A stretch of 64,000 nucleotides of DNA from a virus (Duplodnaviria > Caudoviricetes): IMG/VR virus record IMGVR_UViG_3300011116_001227. One strand, 5' to 3'. Below, in pieces: positions 26,172 through 34,467 of this stretch. Below the pieces are notes generated by a model. That model was not told the origin of the DNA and did not search any database. It saw only the letters and a list, made by a program, of their open reading frames with translations. Position numbers and translations under genes: made by a program. The first letter of the stretch is position 1. The number at the start of each line of letters is the position of its first letter.

Positions 26172-26774
26172 TCACTGATCTTCTTCTGTCGAATCTGTTT
26201 CAGAAACGAATCCCCAGTCACCGCGCATCCAAGCTCTCATTTCCTCTTGGGTGACACGTGCATGAGCCTCATTGAGGTTATTGGACTTACGATTGCGAGA
26301 TTCCCCAACTGGCATATCCATTCCGGCAGGCTCGACTGCAGCTGGAGCTTCTTGATAGGATCTCATCTTCTCATCGCCCATGAGGTAACCATGGACATGT
26401 TGAAGATCGTTATGCGAAGTTGCCACAAGGTCCTGAACCCATCCAGGAAGCTGGTCTTCAGAGTCGAGAAGTTCACAAATGTCACCGGCCATCTGTTTCA
26501 TGGAAGCCATACGAGACTTGACCATGTATCCTTCATCATCGTGAGGATGGCCTTCGTCTGAACCATGGAGGAATTCCTGATGATCGTGTCCAGGTTCTGG
26601 CATTGAATCACCGGAGACGTAACCCCAGTCACCTTTCTTCCATGCAGCGACTTCATCCTCAGTGATTCGAGTCATGGCCTCGGAAAGTTTCTTCTTGCCT
26701 GAAGTAGCCTTTTTGACTTCTTCACGAACGATGTTACGTAATTGTGCTGGTGTTAGTTTCATGTTGTTCCTCAT
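26172..26774 (-). CDS. Hypothetical virion-associated protein with MKLTPAQLRNIVREE leader and duplicated motif
   Basis: Repeat EAMTRITEDEVAAWKKGDWGYVS / EAHARVTQEEMRAWMRGDWGFVS. Confidence 0.7.
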   Translation of the reverse strand: MRNNMKLTPAQLRNIVREEVKKATSGKKKLSEAMTRITEDEVAAWKKGDWGYVSGDSMPEPGHDHQEFLHGSDEGHPHDDEGYMVKSRMASMKQMAGDICELLDSEDQLPGWVQDLVATSHNDLQHVHGYLMGDEKMRSYQEAPAAVEPAGMDMPVGESRNRKSNNLNEAHARVTQEEMRAWMRGDWGFVSETDSTEEDQ

Positions 26775-27010
26775 GGTCTTGGCGGGTAGATACCATCGAC
26801 GCAGATTATTGTCTTTAATCCATTAATGTCTGCAATCTTTGGAAGATTGAAAGTATGGACACCGTCTCCACCAAATCTATTTCCGAGTAGAGAGAACAAG
26901 GCTGCATACTGTTGTGTTTGTAATGTAGAACCGTCACAAGGCATCCAACCCTGAGGAACGAAGTTTCCTGCGAAGTACATGATTGTTGCTAACATTGGAT
27001 CCATAGTCAA
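26771..27010 (-). CDS. Phage tail collar domain protein
   Basis: IMYFAGNFVPQGWMPCDG......YAALFSLLG..FGGDG..TFNLP signature. Confidence 0.85.
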   Translation of the reverse strand: MTMDPMLATIMYFAGNFVPQGWMPCDGSTLQTQQYAALFSLLGNRFGGDGVHTFNLPKIADINGLKTIICVDGIYPPRP

Positions 27011-27014
27011 TTCC

Positions 27015-27569
27015 TCAGATTAGTGGCTTAGAGATTCTCTGCTTCAAGAGATAAACATGTCCCTCGTGTCTGTCTTCGATTCCTGCAAGCATATTGTCGA
27101 GGCCATGTGTCATCATCCCGTACTCTCTAATCGATTCGCAGATTTGCTTCATTGTTGAGAGAAAATTTAACTCTGCAGACAAAGATTTTCGTGCAAGATC
27201 AGATTCTCGAGGAATTGTAGATGCAGATCCGAGTCCTGTGATTAATTTAAGAAGCTGTGAATGTTGTAATTGAAGATCAACATTTGCAGTGCATCCAAGA
27301 CCAATCGCTTTTTCTGCAAGACCATCGATCTCATTGACTGTAGCTTCGTAAAGACGTTGAAACAAGAGATGATCTCCGTAAAAGGGATCACCCATTGCAG
27401 TCCAGTGGTGATTCTGATGAAGAGCGTAGAGATACTTTAAATGAACAATTGCAACAGAGATCTGTGGATAAGGAATTCCTCCCCACTCTGCAATCATATT
27501 ATCAGTCAGAATGTTAAGATTGGGCTCAACTGTTATAACAAACGTTGCATTCTCTTTAAGGTCTCTCAT
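27015..27569 (-). CDS. Dps/ferritin-like protein
   Basis: HQNHHW...G..FYGDHLLFQRLYE...IDGLAEK ferroxidase-like motif; C-term HEGHVYLL. Confidence 0.75.
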   Translation of the reverse strand: MRDLKENATFVITVEPNLNILTDNMIAEWGGIPYPQISVAIVHLKYLYALHQNHHWTAMGDPFYGDHLLFQRLYEATVNEIDGLAEKAIGLGCTANVDLQLQHSQLLKLITGLGSASTIPRESDLARKSLSAELNFLSTMKQICESIREYGMMTHGLDNMLAGIEDRHEGHVYLLKQRISKPLI

Positions 27570-28699
27570 TTTTTCACCAATGCAAATTCAATAGCTGTGT
27601 CTAATCCATAAGTCCAGTCGATTCTCGAATTAGCTCCGCGGAATACAGCTCTATTGTTCCAACCTTGAACATACTTGTCTAATGCTTTTTCAGAAGAAGA
27701 AGTCCACGTTGTTCCTCGTGGTAGGCGACCAGAAGTAGGAACAGAGGCTTCCTGCAGTTCACCTGTTTCTTCATCAATAATTTCTTGAATTATTGTATGC
27801 TTGATTTTAAAAAGATTTTCTGCAGCTTCTACGATTGAAGATCTCGTGCTGTTTTCTAGCATCTGACTTACTGGATCTGTGAAGAATTCTTCTTCTAGAA
27901 TTGGCATTACTTTAGTTTCTTCTTCTGTAGATTCGTTCAGTAAATTGTGATGAATGGATTTGAAGTATGATTCTTCAAGAACTCCGCCAGAGCCGACAAG
28001 GATGTCAACCTCTTGACGAAGCTTCATAGGATCAATCTTCACTCCGCTAGTAGCATAAATGCTTGAGCATAATCTCGAGACAGCGAGGACCTTCCAGTTG
28101 CCGTCAAATCTACCCTTATGATCATCATAAATCTTCTTGGCAGTCTTCTTGTACCACGCATCAGTGAGGTCTTCATCGCCGTAACCATCGAGAACTTCGC
28201 TGATAGGACCGTCTCCATAAATGTCGAATTTGCTATCGAATTCTTTGGGATCAGGAATACCGGCTTCAAAAAGTTTTTTGGATTTCGCTATTGTTGCTAA
28301 CTGATCGTCTGATGGAAATCTTGATAGAACTTCAGACAACTGAACGTAAGTTAATCTTTTGGCAACAGCACAACGAATACTCGAGTCTTTGTCAGACAAG
28401 AACTTAATTGCATATTTTTCAGGTAATAAACGTGCAGCAAGTTTTCTTGCTTCTTTGTTCGTATCTGCAGCTGCTAGAAGAGTTGAAACTTTGATAGAAC
28501 CCACGGGAAGATCAATTCCTCGAGATTCCATCACACTCAACTTGTCGTTCGCAGCAATAAAAATTTGACGAGGATCATTCGACACCTCAACAGACGGACC
28601 AAAAACTTGAGAGACTTCGCGAGCTAACTGAAGAGCAGATTTCTCTTTCTTCATAGCTTCTTTAACGATTCCCTGTAGCTTCTTTAGCTTAAGTTGCAT
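27566..28699 (-). CDS. Hypothetical protein (short HEAT-like repeats)
   Basis: GGAG SD; ATATTTAG motif upstream (28720-28727). Confidence 0.65.
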   Translation of the reverse strand: MQLKLKKLQGIVKEAMKKEKSALQLAREVSQVFGPSVEVSNDPRQIFIAANDKLSVMESRGIDLPVGSIKVSTLLAAADTNKEARKLAARLLPEKYAIKFLSDKDSSIRCAVAKRLTYVQLSEVLSRFPSDDQLATIAKSKKLFEAGIPDPKEFDSKFDIYGDGPISEVLDGYGDEDLTDAWYKKTAKKIYDDHKGRFDGNWKVLAVSRLCSSIYATSGVKIDPMKLRQEVDILVGSGGVLEESYFKSIHHNLLNESTEEETKVMPILEEEFFTDPVSQMLENSTRSSIVEAAENLFKIKHTIIQEIIDEETGELQEASVPTSGRLPRGTTWTSSSEKALDKYVQGWNNRAVFRGANSRIDWTYGLDTAIEFALVKK

Positions 28700-28751
28700 T
28701 CTAAAGACACTCCTAATTGCTAAATATCAATCAACTCAAAAGGTTGAAAAA

Positions 28752-28946
28752 TTAGTCTAGCTTCATATCCTTTAGCCACTTTTTTATCGCAGCTTTCCAT
28801 TCGTCTTTGACGTAGACGCTTTTGCTATTAAATGAAGGATCATCTATCAGTTTTTTATTATACGCTTCTTCAGGATGAGATCCTCCACGCACAGTTTCTT
28901 TTATGATTTGTCTGATGACAATTCTCAATAATTCGTGACTGTGCAT
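28752..28946 (-). CDS. Hypothetical protein (LLRIVIRQIIKE leader)
   Basis: ATAATTAA motif immediately upstream (28953-28960). Confidence 0.55.
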   Translation of the reverse strand: MHSHELLRIVIRQIIKETVRGGSHPEEAYNKKLIDDPSFNSKSVYVKDEWKAAIKKWLKDMKLD

Positions 28947-28960
28947 AGAGTGTTAATTAT

Positions 28961-29533
28961 CTAGGTTTTCTTCAAGAAATACTTCCAATCATTATGCCAC
29001 TCAAAATTTTTCTTTTGAACATCCCAAAAATGATGCATTTTTGGAGAAGTTGGATTTTTTAGAAGTGTTAAGCCTGAATCGCTAAGAGATCTAGATCCTT
29101 TCTTCATGTTGCATCTCTTACAAGATGTCACACAATTTTTCCAAGATCTTGGTCCTCCGCGTGTCTTTGGAATAATATGATCGATGGTGACTGTGTCGTC
29201 ATCAAGATCAATTCCGCAATATTGACACTGCCAATCATCTCTGTTAAACAGTGCTTTTCTTCTAAATCGAGGAATCACATTGACGACTGGCACTCTTTTC
29301 TTCAAACGAAGCGTTGCGGGTGCTTTAAATTCTTTTGTAGGCGTAGAATAAGTGACATCCCATAGACTTGGGCCGTCTATAGAAACAATCTCAGCTCTAC
29401 ATCTAAATAACAAAACTAACGCTCGCGTTGGAGAAACAAAATTTAATGGCGTGTAATCGTCGTTGAGCAAGAGTGACAGTTTCATTGTCTGCGCCCGGAT
29501 TCGTCTTAAATAATTAGAACGTAAGAATGACAT
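28961..29533 (-). CDS. HNH endonuclease (McrA-like)
   Basis: RDDWQCQYCG, TIDHIIP..RGG....N.VTSC..CN..K; start may be ATG at 29485. Confidence 0.9.
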   Translation of the reverse strand: MSFLRSNYLRRIRAQTMKLSLLLNDDYTPLNFVSPTRALVLLFRCRAEIVSIDGPSLWDVTYSTPTKEFKAPATLRLKKRVPVVNVIPRFRRKALFNRDDWQCQYCGIDLDDDTVTIDHIIPKTRGGPRSWKNCVTSCKRCNMKKGSRSLSDSGLTLLKNPTSPKMHHFWDVQKKNFEWHNDWKYFLKKT

Positions 29534-29534
29534 T

Positions 29535-30314
29535 TTATTTTAAAGATTCAACAATCTTATCGTAATACACAGGATCTTTTTCTACAAGAATAAATTTTCG
29601 TCCTAAAGCTCTGGCTGAATGACCAGTCGATCCACTGCCCGCAAAGATGTCAACAACAATGTCTCCTGGATCTGTGTGAATTTCGATAGGAATCTGAGCT
29701 AGCTTCTCAGGCTTCTGCGTGGGGTGAATCTTTCCTCTAAAAATCTCTGTAATATCAGTCCAAACATTTGTTCTACGATAGAATTCGCTCTTTGCTGGAT
29801 ACTTCTTGTTGTAACCAGCATAACCTCTTTTATCATCAAGATACGGTACATTAAATTTTCGAGGTCTATCAGCTCTACCTTTAACGAAATAAGCAAGCTC
29901 TTCTCGCGTAAAGATGTAGTTTCTAGGAACGCCATACGCTCTCTTCTTTTTCCAAGTAATTAAATTTGCAAGTTGAAAATTTTCTGATTCAACATCAAGC
30001 ATGTACTGAAAAAATGGACGGAAATTCTTTTTGCCAACTCCACCCCAGACATAAAAACTTCCACCTTCAATTAAAATATCAGACCAAATTTTGGTCCACT
30101 CGACCATCCATGCAGAGAATTGCTTCTCGTTAAGTTTAGTCTTGTCCCATTTCTCATCTAAAATATTCCCATAAGGTGGGTCTGTAAAGATCAAAGCTGC
30201 TTGTTTTTGATCTTGACCTTGCAAGTACAATTTTACTTCATTAATGACGTCAGGATCTGTACAGTCTCCATTAATACAAAGTCCATCATTAAAAATATCT
30301 TTTCTTGAAAACAT
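29535..30314 (-). CDS. DNA N6-adenine/N4-cytosine methyltransferase (beta class)
   Basis: DPPY, HPTQKP, DIFAGSGST in beta order. Confidence 0.9.
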   Translation of the reverse strand: MFSRKDIFNDGLCINGDCTDPDVINEVKLYLQGQDQKQAALIFTDPPYGNILDEKWDKTKLNEKQFSAWMVEWTKIWSDILIEGGSFYVWGGVGKKNFRPFFQYMLDVESENFQLANLITWKKKRAYGVPRNYIFTREELAYFVKGRADRPRKFNVPYLDDKRGYAGYNKKYPAKSEFYRRTNVWTDITEIFRGKIHPTQKPEKLAQIPIEIHTDPGDIVVDIFAGSGSTGHSARALGRKFILVEKDPVYYDKIVESLK

Positions 30315-30346
30315 AAACGCCCAGCATCATTGTAACATGCTGGGCG
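30315..30346 (-). terminator. Rho-independent terminator
   Basis: 10-bp stem CGCCCAGCAT/ATGCTGGGCG followed by TTTATGTTTT on the minus strand. Confidence 0.7.
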
Positions 30347-30368
30347 CTTGAAGTATCAACTAGATTGA

Positions 30369-31571
30369 TCAGGCAGCGATTTTCACTGATTTAAATTTAT
30401 CAATTGTGTCGATGACTGTAGCAAGAATGTCGTCGTCAGCTTCTTCAGGTTTAATAACTGCTCTAACATCTTTAAACGCTTGACCGAACGCTTTTTTGAC
30501 TGCTTCTGTTGGCTTCGCATCTGGCTTAGATTTGTCACCTTCTGTTGGCTTCGCTTCAGGTACAGCCTCAACGGTCTTTTCAACTTCTTTCTTATCTTCT
30601 TTGGGATTCTTCTTTTCAAATGAAGATATCAATTCTTTCTTTGCGGCTTTTGTCAATCCTTGTTTCCCGATCGACTTCATTCGAAGATTTAGAGCGTCTA
30701 TTGTCTTCAGCTCGCCGGATTCAATTGCGGCAAGAACTTTATCAAATTTAGCTTTGTCAAATTCACGTTCAACAAGAAGCGACTCATTTAGACCTGAAAG
30801 TTTCTGCCATCTGTTCATAATATCAATCTGATCGTTTAAGTATTTGGCTTCATTGATCACATTTATCAATCCTAAACGTGTAAGCGGTCTACGATTCTCT
30901 AGCTTAAGATGTCCTTTATCGATAAGTGCTCTAACGACCTTGGTAGCAACGCTACCATCAACACTAGCAAGATTTCCAATTGCATTTCCAAGAACACTTG
31001 AAAGTGCAGCAATGTCGGGCTTCTTCTTCTCGAGTTCTGCAGCAACTGCTTCTTCTGGCTTTCCTGTGGCATCAGCAACAAGAGCCGCAGCAGCAGCAGG
31101 ATTAGAGCTTATTGTTGCTGTGCTGATTGTTGTGCCTGGCTCTGCGCCAGTACCTGCTGAAGAAGTCTCTCCACCACTTTCGCCTGATTTGGCAGCTTTC
31201 TCTGCATCATCAATCTCTTTCGGTGTTGTGCCGACTGAATTAAGAAGACCCATCAGAGTCTCATTAACAACCTGTTCGACGTCTATTCCTTCTACAGATC
31301 CTGCGTATTTTCTGAGTGAATCAACAATGTCTTTCAAACCTTTTTGAGCTTGTGGCAAATACGAGCTAAATGCTTTAGATGACGACGCTTTTTTAAAAGC
31401 TTCGCTGCCGGGTCCTATTCCACCGAAAAAACCCTTCACCTTAGAGACAAGCTTGTCAATAATTCCGCCTGCTTCAACAAGCATCTCATACTCATTTCGA
31501 GTAATCTTTTCTTCAAGAAGCGCTTGATAAGCTCCATAGCGATAAGAATTTTTTAATTTTTCTAATGACAT
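30369..31571 (-). CDS. Hypothetical low-complexity protein, probably virion-associated
   Basis: ATG at 31571 with AGGGG SD; ATATTTAA upstream (31601-31608); RWQKLSGLNE motif. Confidence 0.65.
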   Translation of the reverse strand: MSLEKLKNSYRYGAYQALLEEKITRNEYEMLVEAGGIIDKLVSKVKGFFGGIGPGSEAFKKASSSKAFSSYLPQAQKGLKDIVDSLRKYAGSVEGIDVEQVVNETLMGLLNSVGTTPKEIDDAEKAAKSGESGGETSSAGTGAEPGTTISTATISSNPAAAAALVADATGKPEEAVAAELEKKKPDIAALSSVLGNAIGNLASVDGSVATKVVRALIDKGHLKLENRRPLTRLGLINVINEAKYLNDQIDIMNRWQKLSGLNESLLVEREFDKAKFDKVLAAIESGELKTIDALNLRMKSIGKQGLTKAAKKELISSFEKKNPKEDKKEVEKTVEAVPEAKPTEGDKSKPDAKPTEAVKKAFGQAFKDVRAVIKPEEADDDILATVIDTIDKFKSVKIAA

Positions 31572-31627
31572 TTTTAATACACTACCCCTGTTCAATGTTT
31601 TTAAATATTACAATGAATTCACTAGAA

Positions 31628-31659
31628 ATAAAAAAAGCGACACATCGCTGTATCGCTTT
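31628..31659 (-). terminator. Rho-independent terminator after hsp20
   Basis: AAAGCGA...TCGCTTT stem with long T tract on the minus strand. Confidence 0.65.
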
Positions 31660-31682
31660 CTTGAGCATCAATAGAATTTAAC

Positions 31683-32060
31683 TTACTTTACAACAATAGT
31701 CTTAGAACCTGATTCTGATAATTTTCTAAAATTTAACGAGAGCACACCATCTTCTAGCTTTGCTTCTGGATCATCTGCACTAAAATCTTTAGAAATTTTA
31801 TAAGAAATAGAAATATCTTCTTGATCTCTCTTTCCCTTTATACGCAGTGTTCTATCAGATACTTCTACTTTAAGATCTTCTTTCTTAACGCCTGGTAAAT
31901 CTACCTTTAGTACGAGTCCTGCGTCATTCGTTGTGACATTGTAATTGACTCTACTATGAAGAGTTGAGCCCGACCGAGGTCGTGCAACGTCAGAAAAAAT
32001 TTGAAAAGGATCAAAAAGTGTGTAAGGATCAATTCTGTCTAAATAATACTTTGATAGCAT
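31683..32060 (-). CDS. Small heat shock protein (Hsp20)
   Basis: DLPGVKKEDLKVEV..RTLRIKG and AKLEDGVLSL alpha-crystallin motifs; AGGAG SD. Confidence 0.9.
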   Translation of the reverse strand: MLSKYYLDRIDPYTLFDPFQIFSDVARPRSGSTLHSRVNYNVTTNDAGLVLKVDLPGVKKEDLKVEVSDRTLRIKGKRDQEDISISYKISKDFSADDPEAKLEDGVLSLNFRKLSESGSKTIVVK

Positions 32061-32156
32061 TTTAAATCTCCTGTGTTTTATTGAGGCAATTGCCTCTGTG
32101 AATCACAAGTTAATCATTAAGCTAAAAAAGGGAAGGCCTTCTCTAATTTTTTTTAA

Positions 32157-32414
32157 TCAATCAAAAAGTTTTACTTGAGCGTCTAAGCCTTTTGTAGCAG
32201 TCATCTTCGCTTCAAGATCTTTCAAGTACTTTTGATGTGCTTCTTCAATAGACTTTTTATAGTCAGGCTCAAGAACAAGCATGTCAGGATCGCTTTGATC
32301 CTGCGTCAGGACAATCTGTCTCATCAAATCTGCGACGTCAATTCCCAATAAAAATCCTTCTTGAACAATCTGAACAATTCTGTGAAGCACGGAGTCTGAT
32401 AATTTGTAATTCAT
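32157..32414 (-). CDS. Hypothetical protein
   Basis: GAGG SD; ATGTAC-N17-TAAAAT promoter-like sequence upstream. Confidence 0.6.
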   Translation of the reverse strand: MNYKLSDSVLHRIVQIVQEGFLLGIDVADLMRQIVLTQDQSDPDMLVLEPDYKKSIEEAHQKYLKDLEAKMTATKGLDAQVKLFD

Positions 32415-32455
32415 ATTTCCTCTTTCAATTTTAAGTCAATTAAATTGAATGTACA

Positions 32456-33049
32456 TCAATGTCTTGGCAAAATTTTATTCAATTGCAAGGTCTTTTGAAT
32501 CTGTCGAGCAATTATTTTTTTATCATTATTACAATTAACTAAGCTTGCTCTTTCATAATTTTCAAATGCCCATCTAGCGTACTCGATTCGAACTTTTTGT
32601 TGTAGTTCTGAGTCGGATTCATAAGAATCTTCAGCTTCGTGAGAGTGCGATTTTCCGTGTAAGATTATTGTGTAATCAGGCTCTCTCAGACGCTTAGCTA
32701 ATTCAAGTGTATATTCTTTGGAAACACCTTCAGCAGCACCATACACAACTGTAGACAAGCTCCATCGATCCATGATAATGTAGTCGTAATACCTTTCCAG
32801 AGCTGACAAAGTAAACATCTGAAAAAACTTTCTATTAAGAAACTGAAACCACTGGAAGATTTTTGGAAACTTTTTCGCAAGGCCATTCTTAAGCATCCAA
32901 TAGATGATCCGATAAGTTACTGCGGATCTAATTGGCACCTCTACCACAGCTGCACACAATCCAGTCCTAGCAATGTATTCCTGAAGAAGTCTTGTTTGTG
33001 TAAATTTCCCTACTCTATCTGGTCCTTCAACTACAATTATCTTGCTCAT
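32456..33049 (-). CDS. tmk: Thymidylate kinase
   Basis: EGPDRVGKFTQ P-loop, MDRWSLST, PDYTIIL. Confidence 0.85.
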   Translation of the reverse strand: MSKIIVVEGPDRVGKFTQTRLLQEYIARTGLCAAVVEVPIRSAVTYRIIYWMLKNGLAKKFPKIFQWFQFLNRKFFQMFTLSALERYYDYIIMDRWSLSTVVYGAAEGVSKEYTLELAKRLREPDYTIILHGKSHSHEAEDSYESDSELQQKVRIEYARWAFENYERASLVNCNNDKKIIARQIQKTLQLNKILPRH

Positions 33050-33705
33050 GCGAAAGGTCCTCGTAATTCACCATTGACCGTGAGGCCAAATGCTTCCATG
33101 GTGGAAGAAAAAGCCCCTGTAGATACTACCAAATCCAACATCTGCTTTGCAATGTCGCGGATCTCTATTTGAGAATGCTCAGAATATCGTAATCGAATAA
33201 AATGTACGAAACTTCGGAAGTTAAACATCACATCGGCAGTGATCTGATTTCCATAAGGAAGATACAGACGAGCAGATTCTTTTGCGCGCTTACGACTCAT
33301 TCCTCCTTGAACCAAGCGATCAAGCGCAGCATGATACTTCTGAAGACTAGATTCTAAGTGTTCTGTGTAGAGTTCCTGCTCAACTTGAGGCCAGTCTGTT
33401 GGAACATAGTACTTGTCTTCCTTAAGTTCCTTGTAACGAGCTGATTCTGCGTTGATAGAAACTCCAATACGATGTTTCAAGAGATGCACATGTGAAGCTA
33501 TGTCGGTTGTTACGAGGAAGCTAATTGAGCTTTTCTCGAATGGGGTCTCGTGACCATTCTCAGCAAGCATCTTGAGAAGATTAGGAATTCTGTTCTTCTT
33601 GTCTTCTGTAAGTTCACGTGATGTTGAAGTCCATGCAGAAAGTGCATGAGACTCGTCTGACCCATAAACCCCGATTAACTCTACCTTATTTGGTTGCGGA
33701 GGCAT
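33046..33705 (-). CDS. thyX: Flavin-dependent thymidylate synthase
   Basis: GHETPFE, KHR...SINAESARY, ARLYLP, NFRSFVHFIRLR...SQIEIR. Confidence 0.9.
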   Translation of the reverse strand: MPPQPNKVELIGVYGSDESHALSAWTSTSRELTEDKKNRIPNLLKMLAENGHETPFEKSSISFLVTTDIASHVHLLKHRIGVSINAESARYKELKEDKYYVPTDWPQVEQELYTEHLESSLQKYHAALDRLVQGGMSRKRAKESARLYLPYGNQITADVMFNFRSFVHFIRLRYSEHSQIEIRDIAKQMLDLVVSTGAFSSTMEAFGLTVNGELRGPFA

Positions 33706-33744
33706 GGCCGTATATTAAACCATGCTAACATAATTGGATATATG

Positions 33745-34020
33745 TCAAGATTTTTTAAGTTTTTGAAGAGTCTCGTCAAACTTGCCAGGCATCTTTTCTG
33801 ATAGCATTTTGATTGCTTCAATTGCTTGCATGTAAGGAAGCTTTGAAGATATTAATTGCTCAGCCATAGAAATTAAAACCTCATCAGCAAGTGCGGAGTC
33901 ACCATTTAATTGATTATCAATCAACTTTAATTCTGGATCTGCCATCATTGACTCTTCATTGATAACATTTTGAATTTCTTCTGTGATGATCTTCCTGAGT
34001 TGTGTAGATGTAAGCTTCAT
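33745..34020 (-). CDS. Small protein with MKLTSTQLRKIITEE leader
   Basis: Shared leader; GGAG SD. Confidence 0.7.
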   Translation of the reverse strand: MKLTSTQLRKIITEEIQNVINEESMMADPELKLIDNQLNGDSALADEVLISMAEQLISSKLPYMQAIEAIKMLSEKMPGKFDETLQKLKKS

Positions 34021-34116
34021 GTTTTCTTCTCCAAACTATGATTATATATCGAGATGACTGGACAAATATGTCGTGTAAGACATATGAACAAATTAGACAA
34101 CATCATTGTGATATTA

Positions 34117-34449
34117 TCAATAGATTTGAAAAAACTTATCAAGATGACTTTTTGCTGCAGAATTGATATCTTTTTTCAATTCTTTAAGCAGAACAGCTAG
34201 TTGCTGTTGAAGTGCTCTTCTTGTTGATGGCTCAAGAGGTTGAGAATTAATTTGTGACAAAATCAATCTACCAATAGAATTAGAGAACTCTTCTGACATC
34301 TCGTCAATTTTAAATTCGGGGATAGAGCTGAGATTTCCTTGAGCATAAGATCTAGTAGACTCTCCTCTCCAACTTCCAAATTCATTTAAACGCTTCTTTA
34401 CATTGCTGTAAACAGCATTTTCTAAAGCATTTGTTTTTTTAATTTTCAT
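34117..34449 (-). CDS. Hypothetical protein
   Basis: 110-aa ORF, VKKRLNE motif. Confidence 0.55.
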   Translation of the reverse strand: MKIKKTNALENAVYSNVKKRLNEFGSWRGESTRSYAQGNLSSIPEFKIDEMSEEFSNSIGRLILSQINSQPLEPSTRRALQQQLAVLLKELKKDINSAAKSHLDKFFQIY

Positions 34450-34467
34450 AAAAAGTAATTAGGCACA

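Noticed and set aside
28961-30314. HNH + methyltransferase as a restriction-modification system
   Set aside because: This HNH type and orphan beta-class MTases are common stand-alone phage genes; adjacency alone is insufficient
30503-30554. Direct repeat CTTCTGTTGGCTTCGC (two copies)
   Set aside because: Simply encodes a repeated AKPTE linker in a low-complexity protein
32083-32096. CIRCE/HrcA box upstream of hsp20
   Set aside because: Sequence does not match TTAGCACTC-N9-GAGTGCTAA
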